A DNA stretch of 64,000 bases from Gemmatimonadaceae bacterium (GTDB taxonomy: Bacteria > Gemmatimonadota > Gemmatimonadetes > Gemmatimonadales > Gemmatimonadaceae). A program made the position numbers and the translations under genes. Below are positions 10,522 to 19,763 of this stretch, piece by piece. The notes under the pieces were generated by a model. It was not told where the DNA came from, ran no database searches, and saw nothing but the letters and a program-made list of their open reading frames with translations. The DNA lies in NCBI GenBank assembly GCA_051859245.1, contig JBHYGA010000005.1, positions 827,537 through 891,536 on the forward strand. Direction: 5' to 3'. The stretch's first letter is position 1. Each line of letters begins with the position of its first letter.

Positions 10522-11379
10522 CTACTTGGCGATCACGCGCCGCTTCATATCGTAACGAGTGCCGGGGCCGAGTTTCACGAACGGCGCTGCTGCTGTCGGT
10601 TTGCTCCGATCGTGCACCGCCACATCGGCCTTGCCCAGCACTTCAAACGTGTCGCCCTGCACCACGATGGCGGTGCTTTCTGACAATCCGATCCCAATGT
10701 ATTCGGGGAACTTGTCCATCACCGGAATCAGATCGTTCCAGCGATTGCGCGCGTCAACGTGCTGGTCAATGGCGGACTTGCGCAGAAAATCGAATGCATC
10801 CTGATGCTCCGGTTCCGGCGCCATCATGATCTGCGGTCCGGCCACCGCACCGCGCACCAGATACGTGCCCTGAATCGTGGCGCCCGCCGAGCTGCCACCG
10901 ATCACGCCGCCGCGCGTGAGTACACGGTGAAATGCATGATACGATTTCGTGCCCGCGTACGAGTCCGCAATGTTCCACTGTCGCCCGCCATTAAACCACA
11001 CGCCTTTGGCGTCGAGCAGCAGCGAGCTGAACGAATCGGTATCGGCAATCTTTCGGTCATGCGTGTGCAGCATGTGCACGTTGGTGAGACCGCGTGCTTT
11101 CCACGACGCGAGCACGCGCGTTGCGTCGTAGGGAATAAGCGTGCCGTCTGGCCGCGCATTGCCGCCGGCCGTAGGAACGATCACGATCTTTGCATGCGGT
11201 CCGCCGGCGAGCTCCACAAAACGTTCGATAATGCCGGTGCCGTCCAGCTGTCCGCCCCCCGCAATCACCAGACTTCCGTTCGCTGGGCCGTGAACTGGCG
11301 CGTCTTGCGCCGGCAGTCGCACGCCGAGCAGTAGCAATCCTGTCATCAGTGGGTGCAGCAGTCGTTGCAGGCGTGACAT
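10522..11379 (-). CDS. Cyanophycinase-like serine peptidase (S51 family) with signal peptide
   Basis: LVIAGGG, IVPTA, GVWFNGGRQ, GGSSAGA nucleophile, IDQH and GIGLSESTA; start taken at MSRLQRLL, which is followed by a hydrophobic signal. Confidence 0.85.
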   Translation of the reverse strand: MSRLQRLLHPLMTGLLLLGVRLPAQDAPVHGPANGSLVIAGGGQLDGTGIIERFVELAGGPHAKIVIVPTAGGNARPDGTLIPYDATRVLASWKARGLTNVHMLHTHDRKIADTDSFSSLLLDAKGVWFNGGRQWNIADSYAGTKSYHAFHRVLTRGGVIGGSSAGATIQGTYLVRGAVAGPQIMMAPEPEHQDAFDFLRKSAIDQHVDARNRWNDLIPVMDKFPEYIGIGLSESTAIVVQGDTFEVLGKADVAVHDRSKPTAAAPFVKLGPGTRYDMKRRVIAK

Positions 11380-11503
11380 GCAGTCGCTCGGAGATGCGGT
11401 GTGGGTTATGGTCGGGCTCGCTCTCAATGATGGCGTGACGGCACCGTGACGTCCAGCGATGTGGGCTCTTGTTCTGATCGTGCCTGCGCACGAAGTTGCC
11501 ACG

Positions 11504-12529
11504 GTGTTTGCGACCTGCCTCTTCTGCCACAGTTCGCTCGGCGCCAATCAGAGCATCGAGCACTTCCCGGTGGGCAAACGTCTCGCGTTCGATGCGGAGC
11601 GGGGCCGGCTCTGGGCCGTGTGTCTGCGATGTGGGCGGTGGAACCTGTCGCCGCTTGAGGAACGATGGGAGGCGATTGAGGAGTGCGAGCGCGCGTATCG
11701 CGGCACCACGCAGCGCGTGTCGACGGACAACATCGCGTTGGCCCGCCTCAAGGATGGCACCGATTTGGTGCGCATCGGGCGTCCGTTGTTGCCGGAGTTC
11801 GCGGCGTGGCGGTACGGAGATCAGCTGGGGGTGCGGCGTAAACGGCATAACGCCATCGCAACAATTGGCGGCATCTCAAGCTTAGGGCACTTCGGTTTGG
11901 TAGGGTTGATGGCAGCAGATGTCGTCACCGGCGCGGGTTTCTCAATGCTTTCCATCGGCATCAACACCGTGTCGATAGCGGCGGGGAAAAAGCAGGATCG
12001 TCCGGTAACGCACGTGGCCGTGCCCGGTGTCGCACGCCTGCCCATGCGTGCGATTGAGTCTTACGACACAACGGTATCGTTCGACAATGACCGGCAGATG
12101 CGGCTCCACGTGACACTCCGCGTACCCCGGGCTCGGCTGCGTTTCTTCAGTGCGAAACAGCGTTTCACGCTCACGGGGGACGCGGCACGCAAGGGCCTGA
12201 GCAGCGCGATTGTTGGCGTGAACCATCGAGGAGCAAAGAACGCAGAAGTGAAGGCCGCGGTCGCGGAAGCAGAGCGTTCCACAACGGCGCAGACGTTGCT
12301 CGATCGTTTCGCGGAGAACGCCCGCAACAGCTCGGAGTTCTACCCCGGCGTTCTCGCTCACAAGCCCCCCGAACAACGCTTCGCCCTCGAAATGTTGCTC
12401 CACGAAGAAGACGAACGTCGCGCCATGGCGGGCGAACTCGGCGACCTCTACGCGCGTTGGCAAGACGCCGAGCGCATCGCTAACATCGCTGACGCCGAGC
12501 TTACACCACTGCCGAGCAACGAGTCGTAA
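11504..12529 (+). CDS. Uncharacterised zinc-ribbon/membrane protein, paralogue 2 of 4
   Basis: GTG start giving MFATCLFC, aligned with the other paralogues; same head and LEMLLHEEDERR tail. Confidence 0.85.
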   Translation: MFATCLFCHSSLGANQSIEHFPVGKRLAFDAERGRLWAVCLRCGRWNLSPLEERWEAIEECERAYRGTTQRVSTDNIALARLKDGTDLVRIGRPLLPEFAAWRYGDQLGVRRKRHNAIATIGGISSLGHFGLVGLMAADVVTGAGFSMLSIGINTVSIAAGKKQDRPVTHVAVPGVARLPMRAIESYDTTVSFDNDRQMRLHVTLRVPRARLRFFSAKQRFTLTGDAARKGLSSAIVGVNHRGAKNAEVKAAVAEAERSTTAQTLLDRFAENARNSSEFYPGVLAHKPPEQRFALEMLLHEEDERRAMAGELGDLYARWQDAERIANIADAELTPLPSNES

Positions 12530-12532
12530 CGC

Positions 12533-13546
12533 GTGTTCGCCACCTGTTTGTTCTGTCTGAAGTCGCTCGGTGCAAACCAGCGCATCGAGCACTTCCCGAT
12601 CGGCCGTCGTCTCGCGTTCGATGCGGAACGCGGTCGACTCTGGGCCGTGTGCACGAAGTGTGGCCGCTGGAATCTCACGCCACTCGAGGAACGGTGGGAA
12701 GCGATTGAGGAGTGTGAGCGGGCGTATCGCGCTGAGCGTCGTCGTGTGTCGACCGATCACATTGGTCTCGCGCGACTAAACGAGGGTACGGATCTTGTGC
12801 GTATCGGCCAACCGTTGCTGCCAGAGTTCGCGGCGTGGCGCTACGGTGAGCAACTGCGCAGCAGGCGAAAACGCTGGCTTTGGACCACGGCACTCGTGGC
12901 GGGCGCACCAGTGGCGATTCTCGCACTGCAAGGATTCGCCCTCTACCATTGGCTGGGCGTAGGCGCGTTGACCTTGGGTGGCGCGCAGATTGGCCAGAGC
13001 GTGTCTACGTTGATCGAAGCGCGTCGTCCTATCGGCAAGATCAGGCTGCCAGATGGAACGGTGGAGCCCATGATGGCGCGACACCTCGACGCGTCAGTGA
13101 TCAACGTGAGCCCCGAAGGCGACGTCAACGCTGAGATTCACTATCGCGAGCGCAGTCGCCTCGGGCCACTCACCGCGATCGATCGGGTGTTGCGAGTGAG
13201 TGGGCCTGAGGCACGACCAGTGCTTCGTGATGTGATGCCCGTGTTCAACGGCGCCGGCGGAAGCCGCCTTGAGGTGCATGAAGCAGTGCAGACCGTGCAG
13301 CACGTGGGCGACGAACTCACACTGCTCAAGCGCTACGGCGCGCATCGGCTCAATCCAGAACGCCGGAGTGGTGCCCTCAGCACATCGCGCTTCTACCTGG
13401 CCCTTGAAATGCTGCTCCACGAAGAAGACGAGCGCCGCGCCATGGCCGGCGAACTCGGAGAACTCTACGCGCGCTGGGAAGACGCCGAACGCATTGCCAA
13501 GATCGCGGACGGAGAGCTCACGGTACTCGCGAACAGCGAGACATAA
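12533..13546 (+). CDS. Uncharacterised zinc-ribbon/membrane protein, paralogue 3 of 4
   Basis: MFATCLFC...VCTKCGRWNLTP head, hydrophobic hairpin, LEMLLHEEDERR tail. Confidence 0.87.
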   Translation: MFATCLFCLKSLGANQRIEHFPIGRRLAFDAERGRLWAVCTKCGRWNLTPLEERWEAIEECERAYRAERRRVSTDHIGLARLNEGTDLVRIGQPLLPEFAAWRYGEQLRSRRKRWLWTTALVAGAPVAILALQGFALYHWLGVGALTLGGAQIGQSVSTLIEARRPIGKIRLPDGTVEPMMARHLDASVINVSPEGDVNAEIHYRERSRLGPLTAIDRVLRVSGPEARPVLRDVMPVFNGAGGSRLEVHEAVQTVQHVGDELTLLKRYGAHRLNPERRSGALSTSRFYLALEMLLHEEDERRAMAGELGELYARWEDAERIAKIADGELTVLANSET

Positions 13547-13549
13547 CGC

Positions 13550-14572
13550 GTGTTCGCAACCTGTCTTTTTTGCCTCAAACCGCTCGGTGCCAACCAGCGC
13601 ATCGAACATTTTCCGATCGGGCGTCGCCTGGCATTCGATGCCGACCGTGGTCGTCTCTGGGCGGTGTGCACACACTGCGGACGCTGGAACCTCACACCGC
13701 TCGAAGAACGGTGGGAAGCCATTGAGGAATGTGAACGTGCGTATCGCGACGAACGTCGTCGCGTGTCAACGGATCACATTGGCCTCGCGCGTTTGAACGA
13801 CGGCACGGACCTGGTGCGCATTGGTCAACCGTTGCTGCCGGAGTTCGCGGCGTGGCGGTATGGCGAACAGTTGCGCCGTCGGGGCAAAAAGTTCGCAGCG
13901 AAGTTCGCGCTCGTGAGCGCCGCGCCGGTGGCACTCGCCGCTGGGTCACTGCTGGCGGGGAGACACTGGTTCGGCGTTGGCATGGCTTCGATCAGCGCGG
14001 TGCAGCTGACACAACTTGCCACCTCCTTCTATCAAGCTTCGCGCCCTGTTGGCCGTATCAAACTTGCCGACGGCACGCTTCAGCCGGTGAACATGCGACA
14101 AGTCGCCGCCTCCGTCATCAGCGCGACACCAGAAGGCGAGATCGACGCGAAAATTCACTTTGGTACGCGCGGCCGAACGAGTGCGTTCAAGGCGAACGAT
14201 CGCGTCCTGCATGTGAGCGGGCCTGAGGCTCGGCCGGTTTTGCGCGACGTGATTCACCTCTTCAACTATGCCGGCGCGAGTCGCCTCTCAGCGCACGAGG
14301 CGGTGCAAACCGTGCAGGAAGTGGGCGACGAACTCTCGCTGATCAAACGCTACAGCGCGCACCGAGTACGGCCCGAGCGAGGACGGGGCGCGATCCACAA
14401 TGGCAGTTTCTACCTCGCCCTCGAAATGCTCCTCCACGAAGAAGACGAACGCCGCGCCATGGCCGGCGAGCTCGGCGAACTCTATGCCCGCTGGGAAGAC
14501 GCCGAGCGCATCGCCAAAATCGTGGATGGCGAGCTCACGCCGCTGGGCACCAGCCCGGCCGCTCGCAGTTGA
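13550..14572 (+). CDS. Uncharacterised zinc-ribbon/membrane protein, paralogue 4 of 4
   Basis: MFATCLFC...VCTHCGRWNLTP head; closest to paralogue 3, including part of the middle (VSGPEARPVLRDV, HEAVQTVQ). Confidence 0.87.
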   Translation: MFATCLFCLKPLGANQRIEHFPIGRRLAFDADRGRLWAVCTHCGRWNLTPLEERWEAIEECERAYRDERRRVSTDHIGLARLNDGTDLVRIGQPLLPEFAAWRYGEQLRRRGKKFAAKFALVSAAPVALAAGSLLAGRHWFGVGMASISAVQLTQLATSFYQASRPVGRIKLADGTLQPVNMRQVAASVISATPEGEIDAKIHFGTRGRTSAFKANDRVLHVSGPEARPVLRDVIHLFNYAGASRLSAHEAVQTVQEVGDELSLIKRYSAHRVRPERGRGAIHNGSFYLALEMLLHEEDERRAMAGELGELYARWEDAERIAKIVDGELTPLGTSPAARS

Positions 14573-14635
14573 ACCGCAGCCCGTGATTGGGTACGTTTCT
14601 GGGTTGTAGTCTGACTCAACCTAAGTAGTGAAACG

Positions 14636-15001
14636 ATGCCGACTTACGAGTTTCGTTGTCCCGACGGCACGATCGTCGAAAAGTTCTTCAAAATCTCCGA
14701 AGTGCCAGACACTATTCCGTCGCCCAAGGGCGACGGCGACGCGGTGCGCATGATCACCGGCGGCGCGGGTCTCGTGTTCAAGGGCTCCGGCTTTTACATC
14801 ACGGATTACGGCAAGGACGGCAAGAAGGATCAGCGCGCCGCGCCGTCGACCACCAAGTCGGAGAGCGCGAGCTCGTTGTCGACGTCATCCGACGCGGCGC
14901 CTGCGGCCAAGTCTGATGCGAAGTCCGCGAGTGACTCCACGCCCAAGAGTGACAAGCCGGCCGCCGCAAGCACGCCGGCCACGCCGCCCAAAAAGGACTG
15001 A
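14636..15001 (+). CDS. FmdB-family zinc-ribbon regulatory protein (degenerate)
   Basis: MPTYEFRC start and GLVFKGSGFYITDY motif, then a Ser/Ala/Lys low-complexity tail. Confidence 0.85.
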   Translation: MPTYEFRCPDGTIVEKFFKISEVPDTIPSPKGDGDAVRMITGGAGLVFKGSGFYITDYGKDGKKDQRAAPSTTKSESASSLSTSSDAAPAAKSDAKSASDSTPKSDKPAAASTPATPPKKD

Positions 15002-15004
15002 CCC

Positions 15005-16657
15005 TTGAATCAAGCTGAAGCGCTGCGCGCCGAAATCGCGCGCGCCGCGCGTACACTCGGTGCGCCACCTGATGTCGTGCCGCATCTCGAACGTCCGCGC
15101 GATCCGTCGTTCGGCGATTGGGCCACCAATGTGGCCATGACGCTCACCAAGCCGCTCGCGCGCAAGCCGCGTGACGTGGCCGAAGCGCTGATCGCGGCCA
15201 TGGACTTGACCAGCGTAGGCGCCACGGCCGCGGAAATCGCCGGACCTGGTTTCATCAACTTTCGCCTCGATCCAGGCTTTCAGGCCCGCGGACTGCTGCA
15301 GATTCTTGCCGCCCCCGAACAGTGGGGACGCAGCAACGTGGGGCAGGGCGCCAACGCGTGCGTGGAGTTTGTGTCGGCGAACCCCACCGGCCCGCTGCAC
15401 GTCGGACACGGTCGGCAGGCCGCGCTTGGCGACGCGATCAGTGCGTTGCTTGAAGCCACCGGCTGGAATGTGTCGCGCGAGTTTTACTACAACGATGGCG
15501 GCGTACAGATCTCGAATCTTGCACTGAGTGTGCAGGCGCGCGTACGTGAACTCGCCGGCCACGAGGCGGCGATTCCCGAGGGCGGATATCACGGTGAGTA
15601 CATCCGTGAAATCGCGTCGAACTACGTGGCGCAACATCCGCAGGATCGTGAAGGCAACGATCTGAACGCGTTGCGTGTGTTCGCCGTGGCCGCGCTCCGT
15701 CACGAGCAGGATCTTGATCTGCAAGCTTTTGGTGTGAAGTTCGACACGTACTATCTCGAAAGCTCGCTCTACACCGATGGTCGTGTTGACAGCACCGTGA
15801 AAGCGCTGCAGGCAAGTGGTCACACGTACGAAGAAGAAGGCGCGTTGTTCTTGCGCACCACCACGTTTGGCGATGACAAAGACCGCGTGATGAAAAAGAG
15901 CGCGGCCAAGGGCGGCGACTACACGTACTTTGTGCCGGACGTGGCGTACCACGTGACCAAGTGGGAGCGCGGATACACGCGCGCCATCAATGTGCAGGGT
16001 GCCGACCACCACAGCACCACCACGCGCGTGCGCGCAGGCCTGCAAGCGCTTGAGATCGGCATTCCACACGGGTATCCGGAGTATGTGCTGCACCAGATGG
16101 TCACGGTGGTGCGTGGCGGAGAAGAAGTGAAAATCTCCAAGCGCGCCGGATCGTACGTGACGGTGCGCGATCTGATTGATGATGTGGGCCGCGATGCCGT
16201 GCGCTATTTCTTTCTCATGCGCAAAGGTGATTCACAGCTGGTGTTCGATGTGGATCTCGCGCGTTCGCAGAGCGAAGAAAACCCCGTGTATTACATCCAG
16301 ATGGCGCACGCGCGTATGTGCGGCATCTTCCGCGTTGGGGAAATCGACGCCACCACGATCACGGGCGCCAACGTCGATCTCGGTGTGCTCTCGGAGCCCG
16401 CCGAAGTGGAGTTGGTGAAAGCCCTGCTCGACTATCCCGCGTTGCTCGTGGGCGCTGCCGATGCGGCCGAACCGCATCGTGTGGCCGCCTGGCTGCTTGA
16501 GACGGCGCGCCTCGCGCATTTGTGGTATCACAAGCATCACGTCCTCGGCGAACCCGAGGCAATCACCCAGGCGCGCCTTGTTCTTGCGCGCGCCACGCAG
16601 CTCGGCCTCGCTGCCGGCCTGCGCCTACTTGGCCTTACCGCTCCGGAGCGGATGTGA
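15005..16657 (+). CDS. argS: Arginine--tRNA ligase
   Basis: FGDWATN, IAGPGFINF, EFVSANPTGPLHVGHGR (HIGH), KISKRAG, YYIQMAHAR and terminal APERM. Confidence 0.97.
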   Translation: MNQAEALRAEIARAARTLGAPPDVVPHLERPRDPSFGDWATNVAMTLTKPLARKPRDVAEALIAAMDLTSVGATAAEIAGPGFINFRLDPGFQARGLLQILAAPEQWGRSNVGQGANACVEFVSANPTGPLHVGHGRQAALGDAISALLEATGWNVSREFYYNDGGVQISNLALSVQARVRELAGHEAAIPEGGYHGEYIREIASNYVAQHPQDREGNDLNALRVFAVAALRHEQDLDLQAFGVKFDTYYLESSLYTDGRVDSTVKALQASGHTYEEEGALFLRTTTFGDDKDRVMKKSAAKGGDYTYFVPDVAYHVTKWERGYTRAINVQGADHHSTTTRVRAGLQALEIGIPHGYPEYVLHQMVTVVRGGEEVKISKRAGSYVTVRDLIDDVGRDAVRYFFLMRKGDSQLVFDVDLARSQSEENPVYYIQMAHARMCGIFRVGEIDATTITGANVDLGVLSEPAEVELVKALLDYPALLVGAADAAEPHRVAAWLLETARLAHLWYHKHHVLGEPEAITQARLVLARATQLGLAAGLRLLGLTAPERM

Positions 16658-17640
16658 ACTCGCCTGCACACCATGATCGTCCCGCCGACGCACCGCTCGT
16701 TCATGCGGTGCATGAGGCGGCAGCCAAAGTGTTGGTGGTGGGTTCCGTCGCACTCGATTCCGTTGAGACACCGTTCGGTAAAGCCGACGATGTGTTAGGT
16801 GGCTCCGGTACGTATTTCGCGTCGAGTGCGTCCCACTTTGCGCCGGTGCAAGTGGTCGGTGTGGTCGGTGACGACTATCCGGTTGAAAAACTCGAGCCGC
16901 TACGCGAACGCGGCGTAGACTTTGCCGGACTCGAACGTGCCAGTGGCTCCAGCTTTCGCTGGCGCGGCCGCTATCGCCACGATCTCAACTCGGCCGAAAC
17001 GCTAGAAACACACCTGGGTGTGTTTTCGCACTTCGCGCCAAAGATTCCTGAGCAGTTTCGAAACGCACCGTTTGTCTTTCTCGCGAATATCGATCCGCGA
17101 TTGCAGTTGCAGGTGCTTGACCAAGTCACGGCGCCCAAGCTGGTTGCGTGCGACACCATGAACTTCTGGATTGAAAGCCGTCGCCCGGAGCTGATCGAAC
17201 TGCTCGGTCGCGTAGATCTGATCACGCTCAACGATGGCGAAGTGCGACAGCTCACGGAAAAATCCAACCTGGTGCACGGTGCCAAGTGGATTCTCGATCG
17301 TGGCCCCAGGCATGTGATTATCAAGAAGGGTGAGCACGGCGCGTTCATGTTCACGAAGGAGTCGGTGTTCTTCGCGCCCGCGTATCCGCTGGAAAGTGTG
17401 TTCGATCCCACGGGCGCCGGCGACTCGTTCGCGGGCGGCTTCATTGGTCATCTCGCGAGTACCAATGATTTGAGCGACCTGTCCATGCGCCGCGCTGTCG
17501 TGGTGGGTTCGGCCATGGGATCCTTCGCCGTGGAAAAGTTCTCCAACGCGCGTCTGCTCGAAATTGGCCACGACGATATCGAACGCCGCGTGCAGGAGTT
17601 CCGTCAGCTTGTGGCGTTTGACGCGGAGCTGCGCACGTGA
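16654..17640 (+). CDS. PfkB-family carbohydrate/nucleoside kinase
   Basis: VVGSVALD, LGGSGTYF, IIKKGEHGA and DPTGAGDSFAGG signature; exact start uncertain. Confidence 0.9.
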   Translation: MNSPAHHDRPADAPLVHAVHEAAAKVLVVGSVALDSVETPFGKADDVLGGSGTYFASSASHFAPVQVVGVVGDDYPVEKLEPLRERGVDFAGLERASGSSFRWRGRYRHDLNSAETLETHLGVFSHFAPKIPEQFRNAPFVFLANIDPRLQLQVLDQVTAPKLVACDTMNFWIESRRPELIELLGRVDLITLNDGEVRQLTEKSNLVHGAKWILDRGPRHVIIKKGEHGAFMFTKESVFFAPAYPLESVFDPTGAGDSFAGGFIGHLASTNDLSDLSMRRAVVVGSAMGSFAVEKFSNARLLEIGHDDIERRVQEFRQLVAFDAELRT

Positions 17641-18701
17641 CAGCGCCTGACCACACATCGCCTGACGATGCGCTGACCTACGCCAGTGCCGGCGTTGACA
17701 TTGACGCGGCCGAAGATTCCAAGTGGCGTTTGAAGAAGCTCGTGGAATCCACCATGACGGCCGGCGCGCGCGGTGCGTTTGGCGGATTCGGCGGCATGTT
17801 TCGCGTGCCTACGGATAGCGCCAAGCCCACACTGGTGGCCAGCGCGGATGGTGTGGGCACCAAGATCAAGGTGGCGGTTGAAGCAGATCGTCACGATACG
17901 ATTGGCCACTGCCTGGTGAACCACTGCACGAACGACATTCTGGTGCAGGGCGCCACACCGCTGTTCTTCCTCGACTACGTCGCGTTTGGCAAACTGATCC
18001 CATCAGTTGTTGAAGCAGTCGTTGCAGGAGTTGCCGCCGGCTGCCGTGAAAATGGTGCCGCGTTGATTGGCGGCGAAACGGCAGAAATGCCCGGCGTGTA
18101 CACCGCGCCCGACTACGACCTTGCCGGATTCATTGTGGGCATCGTTGATGAAGACGCGGTGCTTGGCAGCGAGCGGGTGCGCGCCGGACAGGTGCTGGTT
18201 GGTCTGGAAAGCAACGGCCTGCACACCAATGGCTACTCACTCGCTCGTCGCATCGTTGCCGATCGACTCAAGCTCGGCGTGCATGACGTGTTTCCAGATA
18301 GCGATGGCCTGAGCGTGGCCGATGTGTTGCTCAAGGTGCATCGCTCGTATCTGCCGCTCATGCGACCGTTGTTACCGCACGTGTGTGCGATGGCTCACAT
18401 TACCGGCGGCGGATTGCCGGGCAATTTGAATCGCGCGCTTCCCAGCAACTGTGATGCGTTTGTTGACACCAGCACATGGACCGTGCCAGCCGAGTTCCGG
18501 GTATTGGCTGAAGCGGGACGGGTGTCGAAGGACGAGATGTTCCGCGCCTTTAACATGGGAGTGGGCATGGTTGTGATCGTGGAAGCCGAGAACGTATCGC
18601 GCGTGATTGACGCGGCGAACGCGCAGGGAATTCGTGGCTGGGTAATGGGTGGTGTTGCGCCTGGTACTGGCGTAGTGCGGCTCGATCGGTCGGTCGCGTG
18701 A
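17637..18701 (+). CDS. purM: Phosphoribosylformylglycinamidine cyclo-ligase
   Basis: YASAGVDI, DGVGTK, GGETAEMPG, GLHTNGYSL, HITGGG and FNMGVG. Confidence 0.97.
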   Translation: MTAPDHTSPDDALTYASAGVDIDAAEDSKWRLKKLVESTMTAGARGAFGGFGGMFRVPTDSAKPTLVASADGVGTKIKVAVEADRHDTIGHCLVNHCTNDILVQGATPLFFLDYVAFGKLIPSVVEAVVAGVAAGCRENGAALIGGETAEMPGVYTAPDYDLAGFIVGIVDEDAVLGSERVRAGQVLVGLESNGLHTNGYSLARRIVADRLKLGVHDVFPDSDGLSVADVLLKVHRSYLPLMRPLLPHVCAMAHITGGGLPGNLNRALPSNCDAFVDTSTWTVPAEFRVLAEAGRVSKDEMFRAFNMGVGMVVIVEAENVSRVIDAANAQGIRGWVMGGVAPGTGVVRLDRSVA

Positions 18702-19744
18702 TGCGCGCGCGTCGCGCGGGTACAAGCGCAACCGCGGTTGTACGGACTGCTGCGCTCCTCGCAGTCTTGAGCGGTGCGGTGCAGGTACCGTCGCTCCGCG
18801 CGCAAGCCACACCGCAGTGCACGGTCACCAGCACACCGGCCGGTTTGCCGAACGGTTTCGCGCAGGATCCGTGCGTGAAAGCGAACGATCTGTTTCTGTT
18901 TCTCGCGCCACAGGTTGGGGTCGCGCTGTCCGGCGGCAATCCGATGGTGGGCGAAGGTGGATCGCTGGGCGGTTGGGGACGTCGCTCGTTCGCGCTGCGT
19001 GTGAGCGCCGTAGACGGACGCGTGCCTGAGAATACCGTACCACTCTCGCTGTTGCCGGCATCGAGCGATTTCGGCGCGCAGCGCGCGCCGATACCCGTTC
19101 CCAGCGTGGATGCCGCGATCGGAATCTTTCGCGGCGTTCCGTTTGGTCTCACGAATATCGGTGGAGTGGACGTGCTCGTCGGAGCAACGCTGCTGCCAAA
19201 CGTGACGAAGGATGAGTTCACGGTAGAAGCAGATGGCGGCGGCGTTGCCATCAACTACGGCGTGCGCGTTGGGTTGCTGCAGGAGTCAGCGGCCGTGCCG
19301 GGAGTTGGCGTCTCGGTTATGCGTCGTCGTTTACCAACCACCAGCATTTCGTACCGCACCAACAATGACACGTTGAGCGTGCTGGATACGCGCGTGTCCT
19401 CCACTGTGATTCGCCTCACGCTGAACAAGCGGTTTGGGTTGTTCGGCATTGGTGGTGGCATTGGTGAAGATCGTCTTGATTCCGAAACGACGTTGCAGGC
19501 GGTCGTGAACGAAACGGTCAGCGGGATTCCTGCGCGCGCTGAGGCGCGTCGCGACGCGCGCGATGAAACACGACGTGGCACCGCGTTCATCAATGCGTCA
19601 TTCGGGTTGGCCATGGCACAACTTGTTCTGGAAGTGGGCCAATCACGATCCGGTGGTATTCGCGAAACACTGAACACGTTCGGCGATCGCAAGGCCAACG
19701 AAGCGTATCGGTACGGTTCGATTGGGTTCAACTTCCGCCTCTGA
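18698..19744 (+). CDS. Putative outer-membrane beta-barrel protein of unknown function
   Basis: Signal peptide ending ..LRAQA, alternating beta-strand pattern, C-terminal YGSIGFNFRL. Confidence 0.6.
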   Translation: MMRARRAGTSATAVVRTAALLAVLSGAVQVPSLRAQATPQCTVTSTPAGLPNGFAQDPCVKANDLFLFLAPQVGVALSGGNPMVGEGGSLGGWGRRSFALRVSAVDGRVPENTVPLSLLPASSDFGAQRAPIPVPSVDAAIGIFRGVPFGLTNIGGVDVLVGATLLPNVTKDEFTVEADGGGVAINYGVRVGLLQESAAVPGVGVSVMRRRLPTTSISYRTNNDTLSVLDTRVSSTVIRLTLNKRFGLFGIGGGIGEDRLDSETTLQAVVNETVSGIPARAEARRDARDETRRGTAFINASFGLAMAQLVLEVGQSRSGGIRETLNTFGDRKANEAYRYGSIGFNFRL

Positions 19745-19763
19745 TTCACGCGATGCAGGCTTC

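Noticed and set aside
7026..14572. Diversity-generating retroelement, shufflon or integron explanation for the paralogue array
   Set aside because: No reverse transcriptase, recombinase or attC-like sites are in the window. Differences between copies are mostly synonymous at the ends and not adenine-specific.
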